Assembly: GCA_023345925.1 (NCBI GenBank)
Contig: JAJQQN010000586.1
Coordinates: 1-33,022, forward strand
From: Vannella sp.
Taxonomy: Eukaryota
Direction of reading: 5' to 3'
Length of the DNA: 33,022 nucleotides
The notes beneath the pieces were generated by a model. That model was not told the DNA's origin and searched no databases. It worked only from the letters and a program-made list of their open reading frames with translations. Positions within the stretch are counted from its first letter, which is position 1; every line of letters starts with the position of its first letter. Both the position numbers and the translations under genes were made by a program. This document shows, in pieces, positions 11,128-20,689 of the stretch.

Positions 11128-11850
11128 TTAAGGTAAGAAGGATAGTATTTGGGCGTTTGTGATGGAGGAGGGTCGGGAAAGAGGGTTCTTCAACTGAAAG
11201 TGTCTTCGAACAAGAGCAGGAACCGTGGGCTGGCGATGTGGGCGCTCCATGAAAACGTCTTTCTCATAGTACCAAATGGAGTACTCAGCATCCCCAGAAT
11301 CGCACGTTGTTCTGCTCACAACAACGAAGCTTCCCTGCACAGATTTTTTGAGTGCAGATCGATACTCATCCTCGGCACCACCCCAGAAGTAGGGAATCGA
11401 AAAAAGCTCGCTTTTGGATGGAGATAGTTGACGAATTAGTGAACTTGAGCCCCTGACTGGCTGCCAGCCATAACTTTGCAAGATATCGAAAGTTCCTCTT
11501 CCGCTGCCCTCTTCTCTGGCAAAGAGGAATCGCAGCATCTTTAACGGAAACGTCGGGAAGATCATTTGCAGGGAGCTAAACTGCTGAAGCGCACTCGCTA
11601 CTGGGCCGCTTCGGACAACTTTTGAAAGAACCGTCGACTCTTGCGCGAGAAGGAGGAATCCAGTGGGACCTGTTATGACAACTTCCTCGTCTTCTTCTGT
11701 CTCTGGTGGAAGAAGAAGAGTATCTTCCCCTCCACGCTTCACACGTAACGAGTTGAAAAGACCAATCGCATGGAACCGAGGAGAAGACAGTATCTTCACC
11801 CGAATCCGTCTATCTCCCGGAGCTGACGCTTCTTCAGAAGTCCGTCTCAT
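11128..11850 (-). CDS. Hypothetical protein with possible CUE-like and degenerate SH2-like segments
   Basis: 240-aa ORF filling the space between MIF and the CDK gene. Domain resemblance is by eye only and the start codon is uncertain. Confidence 0.65.
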   Translation of the reverse strand: MRRTSEEASAPGDRRIRVKILSSPRFHAIGLFNSLRVKRGGEDTLLLPPETEEDEEVVITGPTGFLLLAQESTVLSKVVRSGPVASALQQFSSLQMIFPTFPLKMLRFLFAREEGSGRGTFDILQSYGWQPVRGSSSLIRQLSPSKSELFSIPYFWGGAEDEYRSALKKSVQGSFVVVSRTTCDSGDAEYSIWYYEKDVFMERPHRQPTVPALVRRHFQLKNPLSRPSSITNAQILSFLP

Positions 11851-12157
11851 TCACTAACGGAGGAAAACAATGACCCACACTCACTCCAGCTTATGGAACA
11901 TCGACCTGTCCCAAGAAGGAGCGAAATTCGTCGTAAACGAACCGCCCAGATACTTTTTTAGAACTAACAATCTAATGCGCAATGTTAAGGTTTGTGAAAT
12001 TTGGTGTTCAAGGGGATAGAAGGGAAATGGTGGTTTACCTTTCCCGCCTTTCGGTCTTGACCGGCCCTGCGTTGCTGTGTGCTGTGGGTGAACTCTTCTG
12101 TTGGTCTCGTTGTGGTGTTATGGACTTACGTTGGCATAGTCTGCAGTCTCCCATCTC

Positions 12158-14226
12158 ATGAGTGCAGAGCCAATCCAAGAACCTCCGCGGATGGGGATGG
12201 GGAGTGGGGAAAGGAATGGGGAGGCCCCTCCTGCTGCAAAGGTGGAGGCCAGTGAGCAGAAAGATCAAGTCATTAGAAAGCCTACTACAGCACTGGAAGT
12301 GCGGACTCTCACGTACAAACGCCCACCACTGCGCACGGTCGATGACTTCGACTGCGATCAACAGAAGATCGGGGAGGGCACCTACGGCAAGGTCTTCAAA
12401 GCATGTGACAAGAAAACCAAAGAAATAGTAGCTTTGAAGCAGATACCTTTTACCCAAGGCGATCAAGGGGTAAGGCTACCAACGGTCGGTTGGAACATCG
12501 ACCTGCCGCACCGTTTTTCCCTCCATGTTCATGAACCCCTCGAAGACTTTACTGACTGATTCTAGCTCTCTGTAACCTGCGTTCGTGAGATTAAATTGCT
12601 CAAGTCCCTCCAACACGAGAACATCATCCACTTGAAAGAGGTCGTTCTTGACACCCGTGAGCCCTTTCCTCCCCTTCCTTCGTTGTCTTTCTAATCCCTG
12701 ATGAGACGAAAAACGGAATAAGCCAGATGAACACCTCTATCTGGTGTTTGAGTACATGCACCACGATCTCTCAGGTCTGAGCGGCCAGAAGGGGCAGTGC
12801 TTTGTTGCAGGTCAGGTGCGCTGCTATGTGCTTCAAATGCTCGAGGGGCTCTACATGTGCCACAAGAAGGGAATCCTTCATCGAGATATCAAAGGTGTGA
12901 AGGTCATGATGAGGTTTCTCAGCCTCGGAACTGACCCAAGTAGGAGCCAATATGTTGGTTAATAACGAAGGAATCTTGAAGATTGCGGACTTTGGACTAG
13001 CACGGAAGATGAAAGAGGACTCGTGCCACACACAACCGGTGGTTACCCTTTGGTACCGCGCACCCGAGCTCCTGTTAGGAGCGAGAAACTATGGTCCTGC
13101 CATAGACATGTGGTCTGTAGGGTAGGTGAATCCTCCGGGGCATTGTGACTTGCTTCAACGCAGTCACAATGCAGGGGTTTGCGTGGCGGCATTTTCCTCT
13201 CGTGTATTCCCAATGGGAGCCGAGGAGGGACATGCTGCCGCGCAAACCCATTCCCATTGTTCACCGCACAGTCTTGATTGACCAGTGCGTGGGATGATCA
13301 CCTAGCTGTCTGCTGGTTGAGTTGTACACCCGCCAACCTCTCTTTCCGGGAACGACCGAAACCGATCAAATTGATCGTATCTATAAGCTTTGCGGCACAC
13401 CCAGTGGTGAGAATTGGCCCGCAGGGCGCGAATTACCAAATTATCGCAGCTTCATGCCAAGGAATCCCATTCGGAGAACCCTGCGAACTCATCTCTCGTA
13501 TGTTACTGCTCATTGATGAGCGGCATTGTCCGACTCATACTGGGGTGGCGAACAGCAACATTGCTGACGAGAAAGTTGTGGACTTAATTGACCAACTCCT
13601 TTCGCTTGATCCCACCAAGCGTCCCTCTGCGGAGTCTGCGTTGAATCACCCGTATTTCTTCGATCTTCCGAAGTTGGAGCCTTCTGAGTAAGACCAGCAA
13701 GGGAAAGCCTTTTCTTTGCCTAACCTAAAGAAGACTACCAAAGTACGATCGATCGCTCAACGAGTTGTATCATAAGTCAGAAACATCAAGGCGAGAAGGT
13801 AACACAAGACCAAGACCTCTAGAGCCTGCCCCCAAACGTTACCGCGACAACTCAGGACAATCCCAATCTCAGCGCTCTCGCTCTGACGATCATTCACGAA
13901 GTGGAGGGCACTCGCGGAGCTCGAGAGGTCCTCGCGAAGAATTTCCGCGCCCCCATGCAGGGAGGCCAGAACCTTCTCGGCGTGGCAGTGGCAACCCAGA
14001 GTACGATCGACCAGTTCGCGATCAATCCAATCGCACCCATAGGGGTAATGAGCATCACCGCCACCCAATAGATGGTCGCCCAAGGCATGAACCCCCTCGT
14101 CCCAGATCTCCCCCTCCTTCAAGGCCCCTTTACCAAAGAGAACCAACTCCAAATGAGCCCCCAAGAGACTACAGAGAGCGAGGACTCTCCACTGAAGAGT
14201 TTTCTAAGCCATCAAAGCCAAAATGA
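12158..14226 (+). CDS. Transcriptional cyclin-dependent kinase, CDK9/CDK12 (CDKC)-like, with Arg/Pro/Ser-rich tail (7 exons)
   Basis: [99 protein letters not shown]. Introns 12470-12565, 12657-12726, ~12895-12943, 13122-13305, ~13498-13555 and ~13688-13733. Confidence 0.92.
13122..13305 (+). ncRNA. Structured RNA element filling CDK intron 4 (candidate cis-regulatory RNA or intronic ncRNA)
   Basis: 11-bp perfect stem 13140-13150/13162-13172. 18-bp stem 13175-13192/13232-13249 with two G-U pairs. Third stem 13265-13269/13285-13289. Intron ends are complementary (TAGGTGA 13123-13129 / TCACCTA 13298-13304). Confidence 0.65.
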
Positions 14227-14292
14227 GTTGGATTCTCAGCCATTGATTCTTGCAAGTGAGAAACTTGGCAATATAAGAGTACAAACACCACA

Positions 14293-15722
14293 TTAAGCCC
14301 TTCTTTCATCATATTCTCTTGAGAGTTGGGCCAATCGCTTCTCAGAGAGAGAAAACTCTTTCGCGCACGAAATAAGTTGTTCCGGGGATGCTTTCAGAAA
14401 CTGGCCAAGGGACTTCAATTGGAGCATGGTTTGGCCAAAGTCACTCTTCAGGAGGTCCTTTTGCATGATTTTGAGAACAGCAATGGATGTTCGGAAGAGG
14501 ACGCCGATTCCTTGCGCCAAGAACAAGTCAAAGATGCGCACAAAGTACGGGAACTCTAGCGAGTTGACAAACATCGTAGAATACCATCCAAATGCGTAGT
14601 ATGAAGGAACGATATCGTGGCCTTTCTAAAGTGGAGTGTGTTGGTATGGAAAGGGAACAAGGAGAGAGAGAATCCGAACCAGATGGGAGTAAAGTCGCGG
14701 GAGCCAGAGCCGCATGAGCTCGCCATGGATATAGAAGATCTTGATGAGCTTGGGGAACCCAAAAGTATACATTCCTTTCATATCAAAGTCGATCATCCAT
14801 CGCTTCATCATACAAAACGCCTCTGCCTCAGAGAGGTACAATAAGAATACCGCACAGAGGAATCCCATTCCTTGGCAGTATCCTATCTCCTGGTCAAACA
14901 TAGAAAAAGCTGATAACACCTTTGAAAGGGTCTTCTGCCTGATGATACCTTTAGCCAGACGTCAAAATCCCTTTTGGACTCACCCAGCACCTCCAGCCTC
15001 GTGAAATAAAGCATGTTTTGGTAAAGAACGACTCAGGTCCACGTTGATTTGATCCTTGAAAGGGGACTCCGCTGAACAGAGTTCCTACGAAAGTCAATAA
15101 TAGACTTCTGGAGGGAGCCAAACCCTCTCACTTGGTACAGTGCGGGTTCTATAAGCTCGGAATCACTTATTCTAGCAAGGGCTTTCCATAATTCCCCTCG
15201 TATTCGATTGGGAATGCCTCTCCAAACACGTTCTCGGAGCTGGGAAGATAAGGAATGTGGCTTCGTTGCTTCAAAGTCACTCACTTTGGCTTGCTTATCG
15301 GAGGACAGAGAGTCCCAGTGCGCTAGCGCAGAGTCCCAGCGCTGCTCGTTGGCCTTCTTCTCCTTTCGAGAAGGTCCAGAGTCGGTGGGCGTTGGATTTT
15401 GGCTAATAATGAACCCAAACTCGTCTGTGACAAGTGTCAGCGGGCGAGGAGTACCACCTAGGCTCAACATCTCCTCCAATGAAGGGAGCTCCAATCGTTC
15501 CTCCATCGAGGCAACGAAAGTGCGCTCCGTCAAAGGTGTCGTCACTTCGTCCGCTTCCTCCTCCTCTTCTGAAGCATCCAGCCCCATCGAACGAGCGAAC
15601 AAAGACCTTGATGATGCAGACACCTTTGTATACTCTATAATGTGCTCACGAACGCTGAGCTTTCCCCGTCGATCCTCCAAACCCTCCCGAAGGAGGTCAC
15701 CAACATCCCGCCACTGGCCCAT
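14293..15722 (-). CDS. TBC-domain Rab GTPase-activating protein (EVI5/RABGAP1-like), multi-exon
   Basis: LRERVWRGIPNRIRGELW, QINVDLSRS (IxxDxxR Arg finger), IGYCQGM (Gln finger), EAEAF, RIFDLFLAQG. Confidence 0.92.
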
Positions 15723-15775
15723 CCCAGATGAGCAACAATTAATAAATGGGACGTAATAAAGCGATTCCCAGCCCG

Positions 15776-15796
15776 ATTGGAGCCATTTTTTATTGG
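15776..15796. promoter_or_regulatory. Two ATTGG (CCAAT) boxes in the 75-nt gap between divergent TBC and U1A start codons
   Basis: ATTGG at 15776-15780 and 15792-15796. Function inferred from position only. Confidence 0.35.
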
Positions 15797-15797
15797 C

Positions 15798-16668
15798 ATG
15801 GCCGACGCGATGGAGATCCCTCAGGGAGAGGCTGTGGAGGAGGTTAAGGCTACCAAAGAGACCTTTCCTCCAAAGGAGACTCTTTATGTCAATAACCTGA
15901 ACGAGAAGACGAAGATCGAAGGTGGGAGAGCTGAAGGGAGCTGTAAAAGGAGAAAACTTCGGCGTTTGTCTCATATGGGCTTGTAGAGTTGAAGAAGGCT
16001 CTGTATACGCTCTTTGCTCAGTATGGGACAGTTTTGGAGATCGTAGCGGTCAAGACGTACTCCTTGAGGGGCCAAGCTTGGGTGGTTTTTGATAGTACAA
16101 CAGAAGCCTCCACAGCTATGCAGAAGCTCAACGGATCGATGTTCTACGAGAAACCTCTTGTAAGGGACCCTTTCTTGTCATCCTGTCGGTTCAATCACTC
16201 ACCTCAAGCCAAGAGAATCCAGTTCTCGGCCGATAGGTCCGACAAGATCACTGAGAGAGAAGGTGTGCCAATCAACAAGGAAGAGCGCAAGTCTTTGAAG
16301 AGGAAGAAGCGCGAAGCTGAGATGGAGGAACGCGCGAAGAAGAGAAGAGCGACGGCGACCGTTCGAGCAGACAACAATGCGCCGAACAAGCTTCTCCTTG
16401 TTCAGAACATCCCTGCCCTTGACCCCAAGATCATCCACGACATGCTGCAGACCCTCTTCAGCCAGTGAGATCGCCTTCTCTATCTCATGACCCCTCTCAG
16501 CTCACCGTTTGTAGGTTTGACGGGCTGAAGGAAGTTCGAATGGCACCTGGCAGAGGAGTGGCCTTTGTGGAGTTTGAGAACGAACTGCAATCTGGCCGAG
16601 CGCGTGAAGGATTGCAGAACTTTAAGATCTCTCCGGAGTTCCCCCTTTCTGTCTCCTTTGCCAAGTAG
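15798..16668 (+). CDS. U1A/U2B'' (SNF-family) spliceosomal RRM protein (4 exons)
   Basis: TLYVNNLNEK, ELKKALYTLFAQYG, LRGQAWVVF, IQFS, then a second RRM PNKLLLVQNIP...EVRM...VAFVEFENE...SFAK*. Confidence 0.93.
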
Positions 16669-16995
16669 GACTGGAATGGTACGTGCGTGGCCATCACCAG
16701 GTAACGAGGCGGCGATAAACTGGCCTTGCACTGAAGCAGTTGTCCCTCTCGTCCTTCCCTTGTCCCACTAACTTACTCACCTTTCAGACCAAGAGACACA
16801 TAGAGCCCGAGAGGACCCTTGCTTGTGCAAAAGCCCACCAAACGGATCAAACGGGGTCCAACAGGCCCCCAATCAAGAGCCAATGCGGATGGAAGGTGGA
16901 GATGCTGATCGGAATGGTACAGAGTGTATAAATAGGGTTGACAGAAAGGCTGTCACTCACACCTGGCCCTGGGTGCCGGCCTGGAACGCGCCGAC

Positions 16996-18517
16996 TCAGG
17001 AAATATAGATCTGAATGACCTCCTTGATCGTCTCGCGGCAGATCGGGCACACTCGAGTGTGTGACATAACCAAACTTGAGCACTCCATGCAGATAGCAGA
17101 GTGGCGGCAGGGCAAGCAGAGCGAGTCCACTTGGTTGCTCAGACAAATGGAACATTCTCTTGTCTGCACTTTCTGCTTGTTCACCTCCGCCATGAGGATG
17201 TCCAGCTGATCAGTAGGCTCACCACGCGCCTGAATAGAGTATAAACAAGCGATGGAGACCGCCGGCTCCACGCCCATGATCTCCGCCGCTTCGATGAGTT
17301 TCTTGTTGTAGGAAATGCTCGCAACTGCAGCAGAAGGATGAGATCCTTGCGAATGTAGAGGATTACACCACTTACTGTTGTCAGAAGGACTCAAAACAGG
17401 GTCTTCATCACCGATCCGCCGGTGAGTGGCTTCCCACCCTCGCAGGAACTCGATCAGGTCGAAGTGGCCTTCGTGTTCAGCTATGTTTAAGCATGTTCCG
17501 TTCACTCCTGGAAGGTTGAACTCTGCTCCCATCCCCAAAAGGATCTGTACGGTGTTGATGTGCCCTCCTCGAGCGGCATAATGAAGACAAGACTCGCCAT
17601 TTCTGTCATTGATGAGGAGATATCGAAGGCTGACAGATAACTACTCACAAATTGACGAGATTCAGCTTCACCGAGCGGGTGTTGATCAACATAATGACGC
17701 TCTCCTCGAGACCTCGCAGAGCGGCTTGATGCAAAGGAGTCTCCCCGCTCTTATCCTGAGAGTTGACGTCTGCTCCTTTGGATATCATCAAGGTCTATGC
17801 TCGTTAGGTATACAGGCCCAGGTCTCTGAGAGGGGAGCTCACCAGAACCTCGAGAAAGAGAGCGCTTTCGTCTGAGGCGTTGTTGACGACAAGATAGTGA
17901 AGTGGTGTTGCTCCAGCGTTGTTCTCTGCAATCACATATGCGCCCTTCTTCACCAGGCACTGGACAAGCTTAAGGGCATTCTGCCTGGCGTGATTAGCTT
18001 CGTAGCCGCACCCGTTTGGTCACCGACCTCATTCAAACAAGCACATGCAAAGTGAAGAGCTGTCCATCCTTGTCTCTCGCGGGTATCAATGTCACAGCCC
18101 ATACTTAGCAGTACTTGAGCTACAAAGAGGGGCTAAGTGGAAGGTTCCTCTTGAGCTGGGGCAGCCTTACCTATCTCTAGAGCACCCTCTAAACAAGCTA
18201 TTTGCAGTGGGGTTCGACCCATCTCGTCTGGGGAGTCGATAAGAGAGGGCTTCTTCCCTGTGGGACCAAATGGGTGAGGAAGGGGCCGTACAAGTGGAAA
18301 GCGTACGAATAAGCTTGATGAGAGCCTCTCGATCACCTTCCATACAAAGACAGTGAACCTTCGACTTGGAAGAGCCACTCATACGCAGGGGAATGATCTT
18401 CACCGTTCGTTTCCCCACCTGCCGAGCCGCTTTCGTTACCCTCTTCTTTGCTCGAACACTTGCTGTAGGAGACCGTTCCATCCCTTTACCCGTCTCAACC
18501 AACGAGCTGTTCTTCAT
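16996..18517 (-). CDS. Ankyrin-repeat protein with C-terminal C3HC4 RING finger (putative E3 ligase), multi-exon
   Basis: Ankyrin repeats GRTPLQIAC, GATPLHY, GADVNSQDKSGETPLHQAA and GESCLHYAARGGH. RING CSICLSNQVDSLCLPCRHSAICMECS...CPICR. Start codon uncertain (18517, 18481 or downstream). Confidence 0.88.
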
Positions 18518-18675
18518 CCAGCAAGCGGAAGGAGCGTGAGCACGAGCGTGGGAGGCAACAAAATGAGCTCCACCCTTCCCTTTTTCGGATTCAGGGCAAG
18601 AGGGTGGCGAGAGTGATGTCCAAGGAGTGATCTATTGAAGGGAGAACCTTCTAGGACGAGGAAAGTTGAATAGAG

Positions 18676-20512
18676 TTAGGTTCGGAGGTCATGGGAAGGT
18701 CGCGGTCGATCCGAAGGAGCGTTTCGTTGGGAGCGCGGGGACTCGGGCAAGGCACTGCTACTCCCCTCCTTCTTGGTCCACGAGAAACAACTCTGGTTGG
18801 CAATGGTCCATTGGGCTTTGGTGGACGCGTCCGTCTGGAAATGACGGAAAAGATCACTTTGGAGGATGTCGATGGGATCTGGTCGGTCCTTGGGGTTGTA
18901 GCTGAGCACCCTCACCAGCATATTGATTTGATTGGGAGAAAGATATTGGCGTACTTTGGGGTTCGTGTTGATCAATCCCCTGCCCCAAGGAGGGGGCACC
19001 TTCCCATTTTGCTTCTTTCGGTCTTCCATGAAGTCATGAAGCATCTTCCACACTTGGGTCTCTTCAATGCCTGGCCAGTTGGCATTCGTTGGTGTACCTA
19101 ACTCATAGTACATCCCCCAAAGGTAGCGGCAAAGGAGCTTGGCCTCTCCCTTCTCCAAAAAGCCCTTCCGCACCATTCTCGACCAGGTTTTGAGGGGTTT
19201 CTCCTCCTCTGGATTGTCTTCTGTCTTCTGAAGTGAGTCACAGAGCTGTTCAAACTTGTGTGAAAGCTCTCCTGGTGGCTGGTAACGCATGAACGGGTGA
19301 GAAACATGGGCTGAAGGTTCAACATTTGTGGAACGCATTCTGTCTTGGTTGCATTGGTCGCCCATTAAGATCTCTAGGATGGCCACGCCAATGGAAAAGA
19401 GGTCTGTAGATGGGGTGTACTGAGGAAGGAGCTTCCCTGTGGGCAAGGGGCTTATGAAGATGAGTTCAGGAGCACGATACCGGAGGGTGGTGTGGCGGAA
19501 GTCAGTCCTAAAGTCCCAAGGAGGGTGCAATAGCTTAGCTGTTCCATAATCGATGATAAGGGGCTTAAAGAGAGGTCGAGGGAAGCAGAACTTGGTCTCT
19601 CCCACAGCAAAACACCAATCCGCAGGCTCCCCCTCGGTCTGGGGAACCGCGCAGACGAGAATGTTGTTGGAAGCCCCAAGATCACGATGTAGTAACCTGC
19701 TTTGAGGTAGTGCCGCTGCAGAGAAGATCAGCTGGAAGATGGTGACGTCAATAGCCCACCAGGCGTGTTCAATGGAAGGTAGCTGGCGCGTGTCAGGTCT
19801 CTCCGACAAACGAAAGAAGCCAGCTTCTACCTACCTGATCAAGGTAGATCTCAAAGAAGGAGCGAAGGGAGCCAGCTTCTGCAGCTTCCATGATAACGTA
19901 GCCAAAGAGCTTCTCTTCTGCTGAAGACTTTCGGGACTGCGTGGAGCCGAGGAACTTCTTCTGGATAGCGTCCCAGTTACCACTTGAGGGTGGAGGTTGG
20001 TCTGAGATGAACCAATGATGAAGTTGAGGAGCATTAGCCATGGAGCAGCTCTGTAGGCGTTGGAGGGCATTCACTTCATGAAAGAAGGCGGTCTCAGCCA
20101 TGGACACTTTGATGACGAGCTTCTTCTCCGGACACTCAGAGTCAGTTACATCATAGACCAACCCAAAGGTTCCCTCGCCCTTCTTCTCTCCTCTGGTGCT
20201 GAATAAGCGGGGAGGGGCGAGAGGGAGATTGGGTAGTTTTGCCGGTGTGATGACTCGAGGATCTGGGTAGTCTTTGAAGAGGAACTGGCGGGCGTTTGAC
20301 TTGCTTATATCCCATGTGTCAGAAGGCCCCAACGACAGTCTTGCCACCTTTGTAGGGGCTGAGGTGGGCACCTCAGAGCTTTCCCTCCTCCGCTTCTCTC
20401 CCACCGGATCCTGACGAGCTATCCATTGAGACGGGGATCTCCCTGCTACTGCCAACGTTCAGCAACCGCCCATTCCCCCAAACAACGAACCTGCAGCCTG
20501 GCGGCGGGACAT
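18676..20512 (-). CDS. Atypical Ser/Thr protein kinase (3 exons)
   Basis: GEGTFGLVY, LVIKV, HEVNAL, IMEAA, HRDLGASNNILV, IIDYG, TTLRYRAPEL, DLFSIG, YNPKDRP. Short first exon MSRRQAA from ATG 20512. Confidence 0.88.
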
Positions 20513-20689
20513 CAGAAAAAGTGTAATCTGACATGGCTTTCAGGTCAAACATACTTTTCTCAATAATACTTTCCTAAATGAATGCGACGAATCATGACCA
20601 AACTCCTGTTATCCTATCTCCGAGAATGGAGCCAATGGCCACGTGGCACCAATGGGTGAACAGCTTTCTTTTGCCTCTCCTTTTCGGTC

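Noticed and set aside
12698..12716. Hammerhead-like core CTGATGA-GAC-GAAA in CDK intron 2
   Set aside because: Only 3 nt lie where stem II should be, and I found no stem I pairing with either candidate cleavage strand.
13122..13305. Assigning the structured intron to TPP riboswitch, H/ACA or C/D snoRNA, tRNA, U1 or 7SK
   Set aside because: There is no CUGAGA TPP core, no ANANNA hinge between hairpins 1 and 2, no terminal C/D boxes, no T-loop GTTCRA, no ACTTACCTG or Sm site, and no paired GAUC motifs.
6609..16668. Functional cluster of RNA-processing genes (INTS13, RNase Z, CDK9-like, U1A)
   Set aside because: They are interspersed with unrelated genes in mixed orientation, and such genes are common, so chance adjacency suffices.
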